In this document: in pieces, positions 63,590-64,000 of the stretch
Layout of the letters: every line of letters starts with the position of its first letter
Position numbering within the stretch: the stretch's first letter is position 1
Assembly (NCBI RefSeq): GCF_036321535.1
Contig: NC_087436.1
Location: forward strand, 12,400,001-12,464,000
DNA length: 64,000 nucleotides
Origin: Camelus dromedarius
Taxonomy: Eukaryota
Direction of reading: 5' to 3'
Made by a program: the position numbers and the translations under genes
The notes under the pieces: generated by a model
Database searches by the model: none
The model's input: the letters and a program-made list of their open reading frames with translations, nothing else
Told to the model about the DNA's origin: nothing

Positions 63590-63775
63590 GCGGTGCTAAG
63601 GTTCTAAGGTCCCCTTCATCAGAATCACCTGAGGTCCCTCATAAGCACGCAAATTCCAGCACTTACCCCAGACACTGCAGCCAAAGAATCTCTTGGGGTA
63701 AGAGATGCATTCTGCAATTAGCAAGCTCTCCAGGTGATGTGATTTTTTATCTCCTTTTGACAAGCACTAATCTAG
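63590..63775. mobile_element. MER5-like DNA transposon remnant (a similar remnant lies at ~385-550)
   Basis: catcagaatcacctgagg...tgcattctgcaattagcaagctctccaggtgat. Confidence 0.55.
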
Positions 63776-64000
63776 GGGGTCATGCATTCCTATGTCAATA
63801 AATAAAGAGGCTAATAAATAAATAAACCAGAGTGACAGAGACAGAATTTTATCTGAATGATTCAGACATTTTCTGTTCTTCAGAAATTGCTGGGCACTTT
63901 TTCATTTCCCATTGTTCATACAAATGTAATGTTATAATACATTGTGTTTCCATAGATACAACTATGTGTAGATATAAAATTATCCAGTGTAAATTCCTGG

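Noticed and set aside
1..64000. CRISPR arrays, rRNA, operons or prokaryotic defence systems
   Set aside because: The sequence is mammalian; no repeat-spacer arrays or such genes were seen.

Overview
Mammalian genomic DNA, probably camelid, judged from the tRNA-derived SINEs and young L1 3' ends (family recognition from memory). The window is AT-rich and dense in repeats. The only intact protein-coding gene is NPY2R on the minus strand: a single coding exon at 50077-51225, a ~4.5 kb 5'UTR intron, and exon 1 in a CpG island at ~55750-56850. Four things stand out. (1) A decayed coding sequence at ~6570-7790 (-) carries colinear motifs of the bornavirus L-polymerase capping region, i.e. a candidate endogenous bornavirus-like L element (EBLL). 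A weaker candidate L N-terminal fragment lies at ~1140-2040 (-). (2) A TSD-flanked CXXC5 retrocopy at 10986-14627 still contains its last intron. Its coding part shows a strong local AT-to-GC substitution bias, the opposite of normal pseudogene decay. (3) Two young L1 insertions each carry a ~90-100 bp 3' transduction; one also has a twin-priming inversion, and the other is 5'-truncated at the homologous position of the older L1 it landed in. (4) An L1 5'UTR is fused in inverted orientation to an L1 3' end. All comparisons with reference proteins, mRNAs and repeat families are from memory and need database confirmation.
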